Origin: Octopus vulgaris
Lineage: Eukaryota
Assembly: GCA_951406725.2 (NCBI GenBank)
Contig: OX597821.1
Coordinates: forward strand, 99,200,001-99,264,000
Reading direction: 5' to 3'
Length of the DNA stretch: 64,000 nucleotides
A program made the position numbers and the translations under genes. Each line of letters starts with the position of its first letter. The first letter of the stretch is position 1. Below are positions 1-12,528 of this stretch, piece after piece. The notes beneath the pieces are model-generated. The model did no database searches, was not told the DNA's origin, and worked only from the letters and a program-made list of their open reading frames with translations.

Positions 1-1242
1 TACTTCAATTATCTTTATGAAGTAGAATGGTGTGGTTGCTATACATGGTAACACAGAGATTTACGACAAGGAGACACACAATTATTTTCTTTTTGTAGAA
101 TCATTAAAAGTACTGTTTCATTATCCAAGGAATGTGTTGTGTACTTATTAAGTTTTGTCAGAGGGAAATACCAGGTTTTCAGGTAAGTCTCTCAACCTGT
201 CATTACTTGTCTGCTTCTTAGCACAGTGGCCATATTATGATAAACCTTATTTAAAAGAATTAAAAGAAAGAAAAAAACTAAGAAAAAGGACAGTTAAATG
301 TGTCTGTTGTTGAATCGTTTTATAGTTCTCATGAATTGGAAGATCTTATTTATGGTTGGTGGATCCTTGAAAATAAACTGTACCTCCAACTTTGGTAGCT
401 TTACAAAACCCATTTTAAAAATATTTTCTCACAGACTGGTAATTTCAGTATTGAACATTTCATATCATAAAGGTGATTCTATACCACCTGTGTGTCGATA
501 ACCAGCTGGAAAAGATGTTTTCCTGGGGCTAAAATAACAGTAATATCGTCCTTTATAGGACTGCCACACATTCTGTTGGCATATAAACTTTACTATTCAG
601 TACTGTTACTGTATATCTCTCGCTCAGAAATTTAAAACAAATTGTTTTTCTCTATATATATTTTCTAATCACTGTTACAAAATATGTGATACCTGATGTT
701 TTTATTTTGTTTATGTTGATTGTAGTTTAAAAACCTGCATTTGTGACACTTTATCGTCTATGATTTCTCGAACAAACAGATGGAAAAGCATAGGTTTCCT
801 TACAACCTCCCAAATGTTAATTCTATGAGAAAATGCACCCAGGATACTGTGAAATTATTGGTAGTGGGAAGGACATCTGTCCATAGAAACTAAATCAAAA
901 TGACATGTACAAGTGTCAGTCTATGATAGCAGTGACTCTCAATAAGAACTGACTTGACCATGATGATCCTTCCAACCCATGCCAGGTTGGAAAGTAGATG
1001 TAAGATGCTGACAATGATGAGTATTCTGAAATAATGACTTTATTAGATTATCACAGTAGTAAGTTATGTCATCATAGTTGTGGTTATATAGTTTGGGAGG
1101 TTGTTATTATACTGTTACTTCTTTCTAGTGTCAATACATTTAAGGTTATATAATTCTTCATAGAATTTATGGTATTAATATGTTTATTGGACTGTATGAA
1201 TATACAGGAGTCATTAAGTGATGTCTTTAAGAGAATATATTA

Positions 1243-3033
1243 CTACATATCACAGGAATATAACTTCTCTTCCATATGAATGTGTTTGTGTTTATTTAAG
1301 TTACTATTAACATTGAATGATTTACCACAGACATCACAGTGATATGGTTTTTCACCTGTATGAATTCGAACATGTTTATTTAAGACATCACTAACAGAGA
1401 ATGATTTACCACAGATATCACAGTGATATGGTTTCTCCCCAGTATGAATACGTCTGTGTTTAGTTAAATCTCCCTTTCCAGAGAATGATTTAGTACAGAT
1501 ATCACATTGATATGGCTTTTCTCCTGTATGGGTACGTTTGTGTTTAGTTACATCACTATTTTGCGAGAATGATTTACCACAGATATCACAATGATATGGT
1601 TTCTCTCCTGTATGAGTACGTTTGTGAATAATTAAGTGACTTTTCTGAGAGAATGATTTACTACAGATATCACAGCCATATGGTTTCTCTCCTGTATGAG
1701 TGTGTTTGTGAATAACTAAGTGAATTCTTTGAAAGAACGATATGCCACAGATATCACATTGAAATGGTTTCTCACCTGTATGAATATATTTGTGTTTAGT
1801 TAAATTACTTCCTTCAGAGAATGATTTACCGCAGATATCACAGTGATATGGCCTCTCACCTGTATGAGTATGTTTGTGTCTAGTTAAGCTGCTTCCTCTG
1901 GAGAATGATTTACCACATATATCACACTGATATGTATTTTCTCCTGTATGCATTTGTTTGTGAATAGTGAAGTGACTTCTTAAAGAGAATGATTTATCAC
2001 ACGCATCACAGTGATATGGCTTCTCTCCTGTATGAGTACATTTGTGAGTATTTAAGGTATTTCCATTAGAGAATGATTTACTACAAATATCACAGTGATA
2101 TTGCTTCTCTCCTGTATGAATTCGTTTGTGTCTAGTTAAGCTGCTTCCTCCAGAGAATGATTTATTGCAGATATCACAGTGATATGGTTTCTCTCCTGTA
2201 TGAGTACGTTTGTGGGTAATTAAGTGATCATTTACAGAAAATGATTTACCACAGATATCACAGTGATATGGCCTCTCTCCTGTATGAATATATCTATGCC
2301 TAATCAAGTGACCTTTTTGAAAGAATGATTTACCACAGATATCACAGTGATATTCTTTCACTCCTGTATGAATATATTTGTGTTTAGTTAAATTACTTCC
2401 TTCTGAGAATGACTTACCACAGATATCACAGTGATATGCCTTCTGACCAGTATGAATGCGTTTGTGAGCAATCAAGCTGCTTCCTCCAGAAAATGATTTA
2501 CCACAGATATCACAGTGATATGGCTCCTCTCCTGTATGAATTCGCTTGTGAGTAATTAAGTGATCCTTTTGAGAGAATGATTTACCACAAATATCACAGT
2601 GATATGGCTTCTCTCCAGTATGAATATGTTTATGTCTAGTTAGGGTATTTCCTTGAGAGAATGATTTACCACAAACATTACAGTGATAGGGCTTTTCTCC
2701 TGTGTGAATGCGTTTGTGAGTAGTTAAATCACTATTACGAGAGAATGATTTAGTACAGATATCACAGTTATATGGTTTCTCTCCAGTATGAATACGTATG
2801 TGCTTAGTTAAATCACTACTTCCAGCAAATGATTTACCACAGATATCACAGTGATGTTTCTCTCTTGTATGAATACGTTTGTGACTTGTGAGATAACCTT
2901 TCTGAGAGAATGATTTTTTAGAGATATCACAGCTGTATGATGATTTTCTCTTTTCTTCTAGTATCTCATTAGGAAAATCAATCCTTTTAGACTGTGTTTT
3001 ACCATAAACCTGGGCCTCACATAATTCCATCAT
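1243..3033 (-). CDS. ZNF1: poly-C2H2 zinc-finger protein, 596 aa, 19 intact fingers plus 1 degenerate N-terminal finger
   Basis: Uninterrupted ORF of 28-aa C-x2-C-x12-H-x3-H repeats with TGEKPY linkers. First finger reads CDIS (second Cys lost). Ends in a truncated finger start (LYSCDM). Confidence 0.95.
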   Translation of the reverse strand: MMELCEAQVYGKTQSKRIDFPNEILEEKRKSSYSCDISKKSFSQKGYLTSHKRIHTREKHHCDICGKSFAGSSDLTKHIRIHTGEKPYNCDICTKSFSRNSDLTTHKRIHTGEKPYHCNVCGKSFSQGNTLTRHKHIHTGEKPYHCDICGKSFSQKDHLITHKRIHTGEEPYHCDICGKSFSGGSSLIAHKRIHTGQKAYHCDICGKSFSEGSNLTKHKYIHTGVKEYHCDICGKSFFQKGHLIRHRYIHTGERPYHCDICGKSFSVNDHLITHKRTHTGEKPYHCDICNKSFSGGSSLTRHKRIHTGEKQYHCDICSKSFSNGNTLNTHKCTHTGEKPYHCDACDKSFSLRSHFTIHKQMHTGENTYQCDICGKSFSRGSSLTRHKHTHTGERPYHCDICGKSFSEGSNLTKHKYIHTGEKPFQCDICGISFFQRIHLVIHKHTHTGEKPYGCDICSKSFSQKSHLIIHKRTHTGEKPYHCDICGKSFSQNSDVTKHKRTHTGEKPYQCDICTKSFSGKGDLTKHRRIHTGEKPYHCDICGKSFSVSDVLNKHVRIHTGEKPYHCDVCGKSFNVNSNLNKHKHIHMEEKLYSCDM

Positions 3034-3141
3034 TTTCTTTTACTGCAATATACAGATATTTTTTTTCTTTTTTCCCTTGTTACATTTTATTCCAAGCAAA
3101 TATTTCTTCTGCTATATTTGTATAAACTATATTTGTATAAA

Positions 3142-3370
3142 GGCGGCGAGCTGGCAGAAACGTTAGCACGCCGGGCGATGCGTGGCCATTTTACGTCTGC
3201 TGTTACGTTCTGAGTTCAAATTCCGCCGAAGTCGACTTTGCCTTTCATCCTTTCGGGGTCGATAAATTAAGTACCAGTTGCGCACTGGGGTCGATGTAGT
3301 CGACTTAATCCCTTTGTCTGTCCTTGTTTGTCCTCTCTGTGTTTAGCCCCTTGTGGGTAGTAAAGAAATA
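3142..3370 (+). mobile_element. SINE family A (GGCGGCGAGCTGGCAGAA head), full copy in the inferred ZNF1 5' UTR
   Basis: Multi-copy in window; B-box-like GAGTTCAAATTCC; 14-bp TSD TATATTTGTATAAA at 3128-3141 and 3371-3384. Confidence 0.85.
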
Positions 3371-3587
3371 TATATTTGTATAAACTGTTTTATTTCTCTA
3401 TATCTGAAGATGCTGAAAACTCTTTTGTAACTTGGGACAATTTTAATTAGATTTAAACTAATCTTGTACAGATTCTACACAGTAATTCCACTAAATATTT
3501 ATATAGAAAAATGTTCTATTTTTTTGTCTAAATATTAATGATGTATTTGATGTAAAGAGTTCTTTTGATTCAATGACACCTGATGTT

Positions 3588-3612
3588 CTGAAATAAAAGA
3601 GAAACAGTATAA
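3588..3612 (-). other. Splice acceptor of the ZNF1 coding exon (exon starts at 3587)
   Basis: Minus strand reads TTTCTCTTTTATTTCAG|AACATCAG, a pyrimidine tract plus AG. Homologous sites occur upstream of all six genes. Confidence 0.75.
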
Positions 3613-3724
3613 GATATGCAAGATATTCAAAATTCAGTAGTAGACATTTTGCTCCATTTCTATATTGATAAACTATACATATAAACATTTATCTCAACAA
3701 TTGAATTATTTCTTAATTTGTTAA

Positions 3725-4990
3725 TGCAGTTCAGTTTTGTACCAGGAAGAAGTACTACTGATGTTATTTTCTTAGTCAAACAACTACAAGAATAGTATTT
3801 AGCTAAGAGTAGACCATAGTACTTGTCACTTATTGACCTGGGAAAGCCTTTGACAGAGTCCCTCGCTCTGTAATGTAGTGGTCTCTGAGGAAGCTAGTGG
3901 TAGACAAATAGTTTATAAAACCATACAAGACATGTACAGGGGTGCTGTCAGTAAGAGTTAGCCATGAGTATACGGCGAATTTAGTATACAGGTAGGCTTC
4001 ACCAGAGATTAGTTCTCAGTCCCCTCCTATTCGTCATTGTCTTTCATGCAACAGCAGAGGAATTTAAGACAGGTTGTCTCTGGGAACTAATATATGTTGA
4101 TCTCATTCTCATAGCAGAAACTGTAACTGAAAAGAAATTCCAGATGTGGAAGCAAAACTTGGAATCAAAGGGCCTTAAAGTTAATATAGCAAAGACCAAA
4201 GCTCTAGTAAGTAGGAAAACAGGCAGAACTTTACCCACTTCAGGTAAATGGCCTTGCTCAAGATGTAGGAAAGGTGTAGGTAGGAATTCCATACAGTGTA
4301 TCTACTGCTAGCTATAGATACACAAGAGGTGCAATGGCATCACAGAAAGGTTAAGAGAGAAAGTAGTGTTTGTATGTGGAAGATGCATAAGTGCCTTAAA
4401 GAGTAAGGATATACAGGAAATTGATTTTCTCAAATGCTCTGGAAGCTCCCTAGAGGTAGTAGATAGTTTCTATTATCTTAGGTGGCCTAATTAGCAATGG
4501 AAAGAGGATGTTCTGAAAGTACAGTAGCTAGAATAAGAATGAGATGGAGAAAATTCAGAGAGCAAAAGGTCTCTCTCTTCAAATAAAAGGCAGACTGTAT
4601 GATGCTTGTGTACGAAAAGCAATGCTAAATGTAGGGAGACATGGGCTTTAAATGTAGAGGACATGCAAAGACTTGAGAGGAATGGAGCTGTTCATTCCCT
4701 TAGATGTGCAATGTCAGTGTGTATATATGACAAAGTGCTAATGTATTGAGAGAAAAGTTAAGTATAAGAGGAATCAGGTGTAGCATACACAAGAGATATG
4801 CTGGTAAGGTAATATGATGCACATGGATGAAGGCACTGACTGTTTAAAGTGGTTGGAACTTGTGGAAAAGAGAGACCCAGGAAGACACGGGATGAAGTAT
4901 TGAAGGCTGATCTCAAGATGCTAAACCTTGTAGAGGAGATGACAGAGGATGAAGATAATAGGTGATTTGCTGTGCTCATGAAGATACATC
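3725..4990 (+). mobile_element. Degenerate RTE-clade LINE reverse transcriptase/C-terminal fragment
   Basis: Frameshifted translation gives TTDVIFLVKQLQE, IDL..KAFDRVPR, VLSPLLF, WELIYVD and C-terminal ERPRKTRDEVLKADL. Boundaries approximate. Confidence 0.85.
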
Positions 4991-5973
4991 AGTCACAGCA
5001 AAAATGATATCCTAAAATGACTTATAAGTGAGGAGCTTTGCTTCATCTCCTCTCGCTCTCTGCTCCATTAAACATTTCTCACAATTCTCATTCCCTAACA
5101 ATTATCACTACACCATCTATGGTACTACTCTGCTGCTGTAATCACTTGAGAGCAGAAATGGCACATATTACATTTCTTCCTTTCTGCTTACCTTCATCCC
5201 TTCTCCCCTCCCCACTGGAACCATTTCCATTGTTTATCATCATCCCTGTCACACTATTTCTGCCAATTAACTCCTTTTGTGCTACTGATCTCTTTCCCCT
5301 GCTATATTCCATTCTTAATACCTCTCTTATTTGCTATTATTCTCAATGTCCCCTCATTTCTATCATCAGGCACCAATTACTATAGCACCCTCACCACTAC
5401 CTTGCACCGTCCAACCCATGGAGAGTAGACATTAAATGACAATGATTATGAATATATGACTCTGTAAGATCTACAAATTTGCAAACTATAGCTACACCTT
5501 CACATTAAATAATATTATGTTACATAATAGTATTGTAAACAATAATAATCTCTCTGCAGAAACATCTTTTGTTGTTGTTTAGCCCAAGAGGTAGGTTACC
5601 CACAACAGAGCAGACCTATTCTTTTTTTTATTTTTCAGGTATCATGTATCCATTACAGCATTGTGTGCTTTTTCTCAAAATTTCTGTTGCTAGATTAATA
5701 ACTTCAGTGAGTTTAGACTGAGGGAGGTCATATTTTTATATCCTTAAGTTTGTTCTCAATGTTGATGAGGGTTGTATTATATGATAGAATTCCTGTGAGT
5801 ACCTTTGTTTCCATGACAGTACCTGTGTTCTGTTTGATATTTGAAATTTTCAACAGGTTGTAGGAATACTTGAGCTAAAGCTAAAGCAAATTAGATTACA
5901 TGTTGAAAACAACCCTAAAGTTATTTGAGAAGCTCATACATCCTCCTGGGCATCATTCTCCAACAGAGTAAGT

Positions 5974-6494
5974 TTAGCCTTTTAGCATTTAAACCAGTCA
6001 TATCTAACCCAAATATTCTACCTGTATTATGTTTAAACTAGCCAAATCCAGCCTCTCACACCTATTCTACAATGGTGGCACGTAACAAACACCATCTGAT
6101 CGTGGCCATTGCAGCCTCGCCTGGCCTCCGTGCCGGTGGTACGTAAAAAGCACCATCCAAGCAAGGCCGTTTGCCAGCCTGCTCTGGCACCTGTGTCGGT
6201 GGTACATAAAAAGCACCCACTACACTCACGGAGTGGTTGGCATTAGGAAGGGCATCCAGCTGTAGAAACACTGCCAGATCTGACTGGGCCTGGTGCAGCC
6301 TTCGGGCTTCCCAGACCCCAGTTGAACCGTCCAACCCATGCTAGCATGGAAAGCAGAGGTTAAACGATGATGATGATGATGATGATGAACATCATTAAAA
6401 TCTCAAAGCTATGAGATAATGCATGATTAATTCAAGACAATATGAATAAATAAGCATTACATTTGACAGAGTAACCTGAAAGCCAAAGGGTTAA
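5974..6494 (+). mobile_element. piggyBac-like MITE interrupted by an RTE 3' fragment
   Basis: TTAG-CCTTTTAGCATTT...AAAGCCAAAGGG-TTAA termini. Uninterrupted relatives at 59826-60041 and 62896-63116. Confidence 0.65.
6074..6387 (+). mobile_element. RTE 3'-UTR fragment (family R) with ~60-bp units and (GAT)n tail
   Basis: GGTGGCACGTAAAAAGCACC-type units, GGAAGGGCATCCAGCTGTAGAAAC core, (GAT)n tail. Confidence 0.8.
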
Positions 6495-6626
6495 AGAATG
6501 CCTCTCTCTCTTACAAGTGGTAAAAATTTTACCACTGGCTATTTGAGAATCTGAAAATGAACTTGAATCTATCACTTTATGAAGAAGCTGTAGAAAGAAG
6601 CATTCATGCTGACTGGTGTGTGCAGT

Positions 6627-7410
6627 ATCATCATCGTTTAATGTCTGTTTTCCATACTGGCATGGGTTGAATGGTTTGACTGGGATCTGGCAAGCCACGA
6701 GGCTGCACCAGGCTCCAATCTGATCTGGCAATGTTTCTACAGCTGGATGCCCTTCCTAATGCCAACCACTCTGAGAGTGTAGTGGGTACTTTTTACGTGC
6801 CACCAGCATAGGAGCTAGTCGGGGAAAGAAGGCATCGACCACGATCGGATGATGCATTTTACGTGCCACCAGCACAGGAGCCAGTAAGTGGCACTGGCAA
6901 TGATACACGCATGAATGGTGCTTATTGCATGCCACCGGCATGGGAGCCAGTCAGGCAGCACTGGCAACGATCCACGCATGAATGGTGCTTATTGCGTTCC
7001 ACCAGCACGGGAGCCAGTCAGGCAGCACAGGCATCAGCCACAACTACAATTTCTATTTGAGTGTGGTTTTATTTGACTTTGATTTCACTTGACTCAATAG
7101 GTCTCCTCGAGCACGACATGTCGCCCAATGATCCAAAGGTACTTTTTTAAGTAGGCTGGTTATGCGACACTGGTGTAGGCTACGTCTGTGATCTCACTAT
7201 ACTTGCCAGGTCTTCTCAGTCACAACATATCTCCTGAGGCCTAGGTCTTTCGTCATTGCCTCTGTGAGGTCCAGCTTTCAAAGGTCACGCTTCACCACCT
7301 CATCCCATGTGTTCCTGGGTCTCCTTCTACCATGGGTTCCTTCCACTGTTTAGGAGCGACACTTCTTCACACAGCTTTCCTCATCCATCTGTAGCACATG
7401 TCCATACCAG
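6627..7410 (-). mobile_element. 5'-truncated RTE LINE: ORF C-terminus joined to the family R 3' UTR
   Basis: Minus strand of ~7210-7350 translates as TVEGTHGRRRPRNTWDEVVKRDL*KLDLTEAMTKD. It continues into the unit array, the core and the (GAT)n tail. Confidence 0.8.
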
Positions 7411-7452
7411 CACAGACATCCCAAAATACCCTTAGCGTTATCGCCACCTTAG

Positions 7453-7628
7453 CGGCTGGCACGTAAAAAGCACCCACTACACTCACGGAGTGGTTGGCGT
7501 TAGGAAGGGCATCCAGCCGTAGAAACACTGCCAGATCTGACTGGGCCTGATGAAGTCTTCCAGCTTCACAGACCCCAGTTGAACCGTCCAACCCATGGAG
7601 AACGGACGCTAAATGATGATGATGATGA
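7453..7628 (+). mobile_element. Family R 3' fragment
   Basis: One unit, core and (GAT)n tail. Confidence 0.75.
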
Positions 7629-9098
7629 CGGCAAGGAAGCACTTCAATAGCCGAGCATCGTTTGATTCTTCAATGTACCGGGACAGAAACGACATCAAAA
7701 ACATTTTTGTTAACAGTCGAGAACCCCAACAAACTAAATAATGTAACTTTCAAACTGATTACGGTTATTTCAATGCCTTGTTTTGTTCAGTCAATTCTAC
7801 CTCCTTCGCATAATGTAATAATGAGTGTAAATAAAAATTCTATTATTTACAGATTTAAAACAGGTCAACTTACCGTAATCAGATGTAAACAGTGAATTAG
7901 TATGTCGCTCTTTGTTACAAAATTACCAAAGAAATTATCTCGCTGCTAAATTTGAGATTCATAGGTTTTAGGAAATCGAATCTACATCAATGTTAAGCAA
8001 GCAACATTAGCCAAAGTTTCGTATCTTCTCAAACTGGCTTTATATTTTTTAGCTGTAATTTCATATTTTATTATAATCAACTTGCTTTTATCTCTTTTAT
8101 CCACAGTGAATTATACTAGTTTCTTTTTCTACTCGCAGTAATATTTTCAATGCAACGTGTTCAAAAAAAATTATTCGCTATACAAACACATACACACAGA
8201 CGTCGACTCCAGCTCGGGAACATATGTCTCTCTTGACTGTACGAGATAACATTACGCGAACTAACTCTGAGACAATGCACAGTCCTGTGTTCCGCATAAG
8301 TTCACAGACATGCGTCAAATGGGTTTGATCACCAAACCATAACGTCCCTACAAGGTATAGAACCGGCTCCCAACCAATTTTTGTCCATGCCCCCAACCAC
8401 TTTGATTCCTATCTTACTCTACGGGGCTTCCATACCCATTCTATCTTTTCTGTTTGGCTGCCAATTTTCAATCTCTTTTGTTCGAATTGATTTCATATTC
8501 AGTGTAATGATATACTTTTATATGCTAATCAATGCCATGAAATTTATTTTCGCCATAAATAAATTGCTATTAGCTATTAAAGTTCGAAAATTTGGGGTAA
8601 TTTTAGCCATTCATGCCTGTTTCCATAGTAACAAGCCAAACATGCGAACTCTTTGGTCTGTGAGAAAAAACATGGTTGTCGTGTATGCTAAAAATAGCAG
8701 CCAAATAGGCCTTAAATCACACACCAATAGAGGATGCAGTTTCGTACTCACAAGAGTCTTCGGACTCTAGTGTTTTTTCTTTACTCATGGCTTTAAATCA
8801 TGCATCTTCACAGCTTTTTTTTTTTACATAATCATATGAAGTCCCACGTGTAGAATACAAATTAATAAAAATTTTCTGAAAATACCAAAAAAGAAAAAAA
8901 AAAGCTATGAGGGTTATATGTCGTGCGCAATTCATTTGTTTATGGTTTCATATAAAAGAACAAATGCTATTTTCAAGATGTTGACAAAATGTGCAGTCAC
9001 ATACAAAATGATAACTTCCAAATCTTGTTTCGTGACTGGGTGAAAATTATTAAACTTTAAACCTCTATAACGTTTTTTTTTTATTTTTCTGGAAAGCA

Positions 9099-9480
9099 GG
9101 AGTGGCTGTGTGGTAAGTAGCTTGCTTACCAACCACATGGTTCCGGGTTCAGTCCCACTTGGTATCTTGGGCAAGTGTCTTCTACTATAGCCTCAGGCCA
9201 ACCAAAGCCTTGTGAGTGGATTTGGTAGACGGAAACTGAAAGAAGCCCGTCGTATATATGTATATATACATGTGTCTGTGTTTGTCCCCCTAGCATTGTT
9301 TGACAACCGATGCTGGTGTGTTTACGTCCCCGTCACTTAGCGGTTTGGCAAAAGAGACCGAGAGAATAAGTACTGGGCTTACAAAGAATAAGTCCCAGGG
9401 TCGATTTGCTCAACTAAAAGGCGGTGCTCCAGCATGGCCGCAGTCAAATGACTGAAACAAGTAAAAGAGTAAAAGAGAGA
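9099..9480 (+). mobile_element. tRNA-derived SINE family B, near full length
   Basis: A-box-like TGGCTGTGTGG and B-box-like GGTTCAGTCCC, internal (TA)/(TG) tract, GTAAAAGA tail repeats; many copies in window. Confidence 0.85.
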
Positions 9481-9769
9481 GTGAAATAACTCTATCAATT
9501 CAACTTGGAAAACTGCATTAATGTACCAAATTTTAAAATTTTCAATAAACTTTGAATTTTGAAACTGTAGTCGCCAAACAGAAAAGATCCTACTGTATTT
9601 TTATAATTAAATAATAGGAACGATATTAAAAAATCAAAATATTTTGTGTATAGTAGAAGTATAAACAATTTATTGCAGATAAATTTTAATAACAAAATCT
9701 TAATATGGACTCCCAAGGCTCACATGGAGCCCTGTTGAGAACTACTGGTATATGGGGGAAAATAAAAGT

Positions 9770-10630
9770 GACAAGTTGACCTGTTCAACGCAAGTAGTGG
9801 CCTGTGAATGTTAGCTGCCTTTGTTTGATTGTCTGGCTGATGGGCAGTAAAGATCCATGTTGTGACTTGTTTAATATATGGTTGGCATAATGTGTTAAAG
9901 GCCTTACGCAGAAGTCGAGCATATGTATCATCTAATGGTCACTGTTGGGCAACCATAACAGACCAGCATTCAGAGTCATGGACAGAATAGATTCTACTGC
10001 AGTATGAAACAGGCATAGTTCTAGATCACATGACAGCTGTGGTGCTTTCGAAGTTTTCCATTGCTTGTCAGATGCTGACCATATTATTGCTTTATGAATT
10101 TTAACATCTGTGCTGCAAGAGCAAATACAAGAACCCAGTTAGCAGAAATCAGTAACTGACTCAATGGGCCCTGATGAAAGTGTAAGATCACCTACACCAG
10201 CATTTTTTACCAAAGATTATGGTCTTTATCTTTGAGTGGTTTATTGAAAGATCAACTTCAATGGAAGGCAACTCCATGTTTGTGAGGAGAATTCGAGTAT
10301 TTGTGATTGTGTGTGAGATGAGTATGATGTCGTCTGTGAATTTGAGGTCAGTGAGGTACAATGCTGGATAATATGAACCTTGGCTGGGATAGAGAATTAT
10401 GCATTGCTCTAATACCAAAGTGTACTGTAGTACATAGTTGAAGACTATAATGAAATAGAAAGGAGCTAAGGTGTCCCCTTGGAGAACTCTTTTGGACTGC
10501 AAATGTGTTGGTGACTATCAGAAGTGTATAAGAAAATTCTGCAGTCTGCATAGACAGAGCAGATTGCACTTATAACTTCATTTGGTATGCCTTTGACAGA
10601 AAGAAATTGAAACATTTGCTTACGGTGTGT
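9770..10630 (-). mobile_element. Degenerate non-LTR retrotransposon RT fragment
   Basis: ORF 10188-10502 contains VLQGDTLAPFYFIIV and LTDLKFTDDIILIS (QG and FADD-like RT motifs). Boundaries approximate. Confidence 0.8.
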
Positions 10631-10687
10631 TGCAGACCCTTAGTGAAATACATCCTCTCTCACTGACATATATAACACAAATACAGA

Positions 10688-11644
10688 TGTAGCAGATAAC
10701 AGCTAGCCTTTGGCAGCTTAGGCCCAGTTGTATTGGTATTGGCGCAGTTTGTCTCTTGCTTTATTTCGCACCACTGTGCAACCCAACCAATCGCAGCCTT
10801 CTGATAAGGTCCCATGACACAGTCTTCTAGGTTCTCTTCTGGAGCCTGCTAATCTCTTTAAAAGCTAGATCAATAAACCATAACAGAGCACCAGCCAGTT
10901 CCAGCAATCACAACACCAACACTAGCAGCATTTTGGGACCTTCACCACCATCGCCTTCGATCTTAACGTTGTCTCCACCACCGTTGCCTGCATCTTAACG
11001 ATGCCCAACATCAACTTCGCCTAGGTTTAACTTCACACTGTTTGTGAATATTTCACCATGGTTAACAGCTAGCTCAACCTGCAAGAACCTTCTGCACCAA
11101 GTAACCCGGCAGAGCATAGAAGCCTCAGGTGTCCAACCGGCCTCTGCCTTGTGACCTCAACCTCTTTGTTACAGAACTATTACTATTGTGTTTCTTACTA
11201 CGAGCTGGTATTATCTTTTACCATGTGTCTGAACATTCATCTAGCTTCCTATTGAAAACACTTTCTATGCTCTGTATTTTATCTTACACACATACACCCT
11301 GTTTGTACACACTTACACATTATTGTATGCTTGACGGCCTGTCTTATTGTTTTTGAACACACAGATACACTCAGCTAACACTTATACACATTATTGTATG
11401 CATGACGGCCTGTCCATATTATTATTATGTACGTACTTATGTCGAACACACACTCTACTACCCACATGTTAACATCTAAATAAAAACTTTTCTCTTATAG
11501 TCTCTGGTTGTGTCCTCTATTCCTTATTCATTCTGGTACTTGAATTCATTTATCCATATTTTGGCTTTTATTGAAAGGCGACCATGCAGTGTTTAAAGGA
11601 GTCATTTATTCATCACCATCTCCTTTTCGCACGGTCGTTCTACA
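10688..11644. mobile_element. Possible solo LTR
   Basis: TGTAG...CTACA inverted termini, internal AATAAA, and a ~35-bp internal duplication (11309-11343/11379-11414). No TSD found. Confidence 0.35.
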
Positions 11645-12528
11645 GGAGGAAAGGGTCAAAAGATTTTTTGTGTGTGTGTTTATACATACATAAAAAGACA
11701 TAAATGACAGAGAAATATTTGATGAACTATTATTTAACAATAGGAAATATCCTATAATTACGACAAATTGTTTCAGAACTCAAAAACATACAAATAATTT
11801 ACTTTATCAATGATACATTAAGAGCTTTTTTATGAGCATTACCGGATTACTTGAATCCATATGTTGCGACTTAAATTTGTGTGTGTGTGTGTTTATGTAC
11901 ATATGTAATATCATCATATAAAGAAAAGAAATGAAAATATATTTCATCAAGAACAGGTTGGTTCCTATGATGGGATACATTCATAAAGTTTAAATTAATA
12001 AAAATGAAAGAATATGTATAAAATCCTAAACACAGAAGATATCGAAATAAAGTCCAATGAAATACTTTTTTATGGTTCATGCATTTTATTTCTTACATTA
12101 TACATTGATGTTATCTCTGATTTATGAGAATACGTTTCTGAACTATTTACCCACAACTTTAAATGAATCGATAGTATCTTTTACTTTTCAGAAAATGTTA
12201 GAGGGAATACAAAAAAAATAACATTAAATTAAAAATAATAAAAATGAAAAAATTATAATTAGCTTTTTGTATACAAATGCACAACTTGAAAAAGTATAAA
12301 AAAAAAAAAAAAAAAAAGGGAAAGAGGAAAGGCACATTGGGGGTTGTATTGACGAACTTTAGGGAACACGAGCACTGTGTGTTTTAATTAAAACAATCTC
12401 ACCAATGTAGATATAGTTGAAGCTATGTAAAATATAGTGTTAGCAGGTTAATATCATACTGTTATATTCTACCAGTGTGAATATCTTTATGAGATATTTT
12501 TTCATAGAATGACTTCTAGCACTGACAG

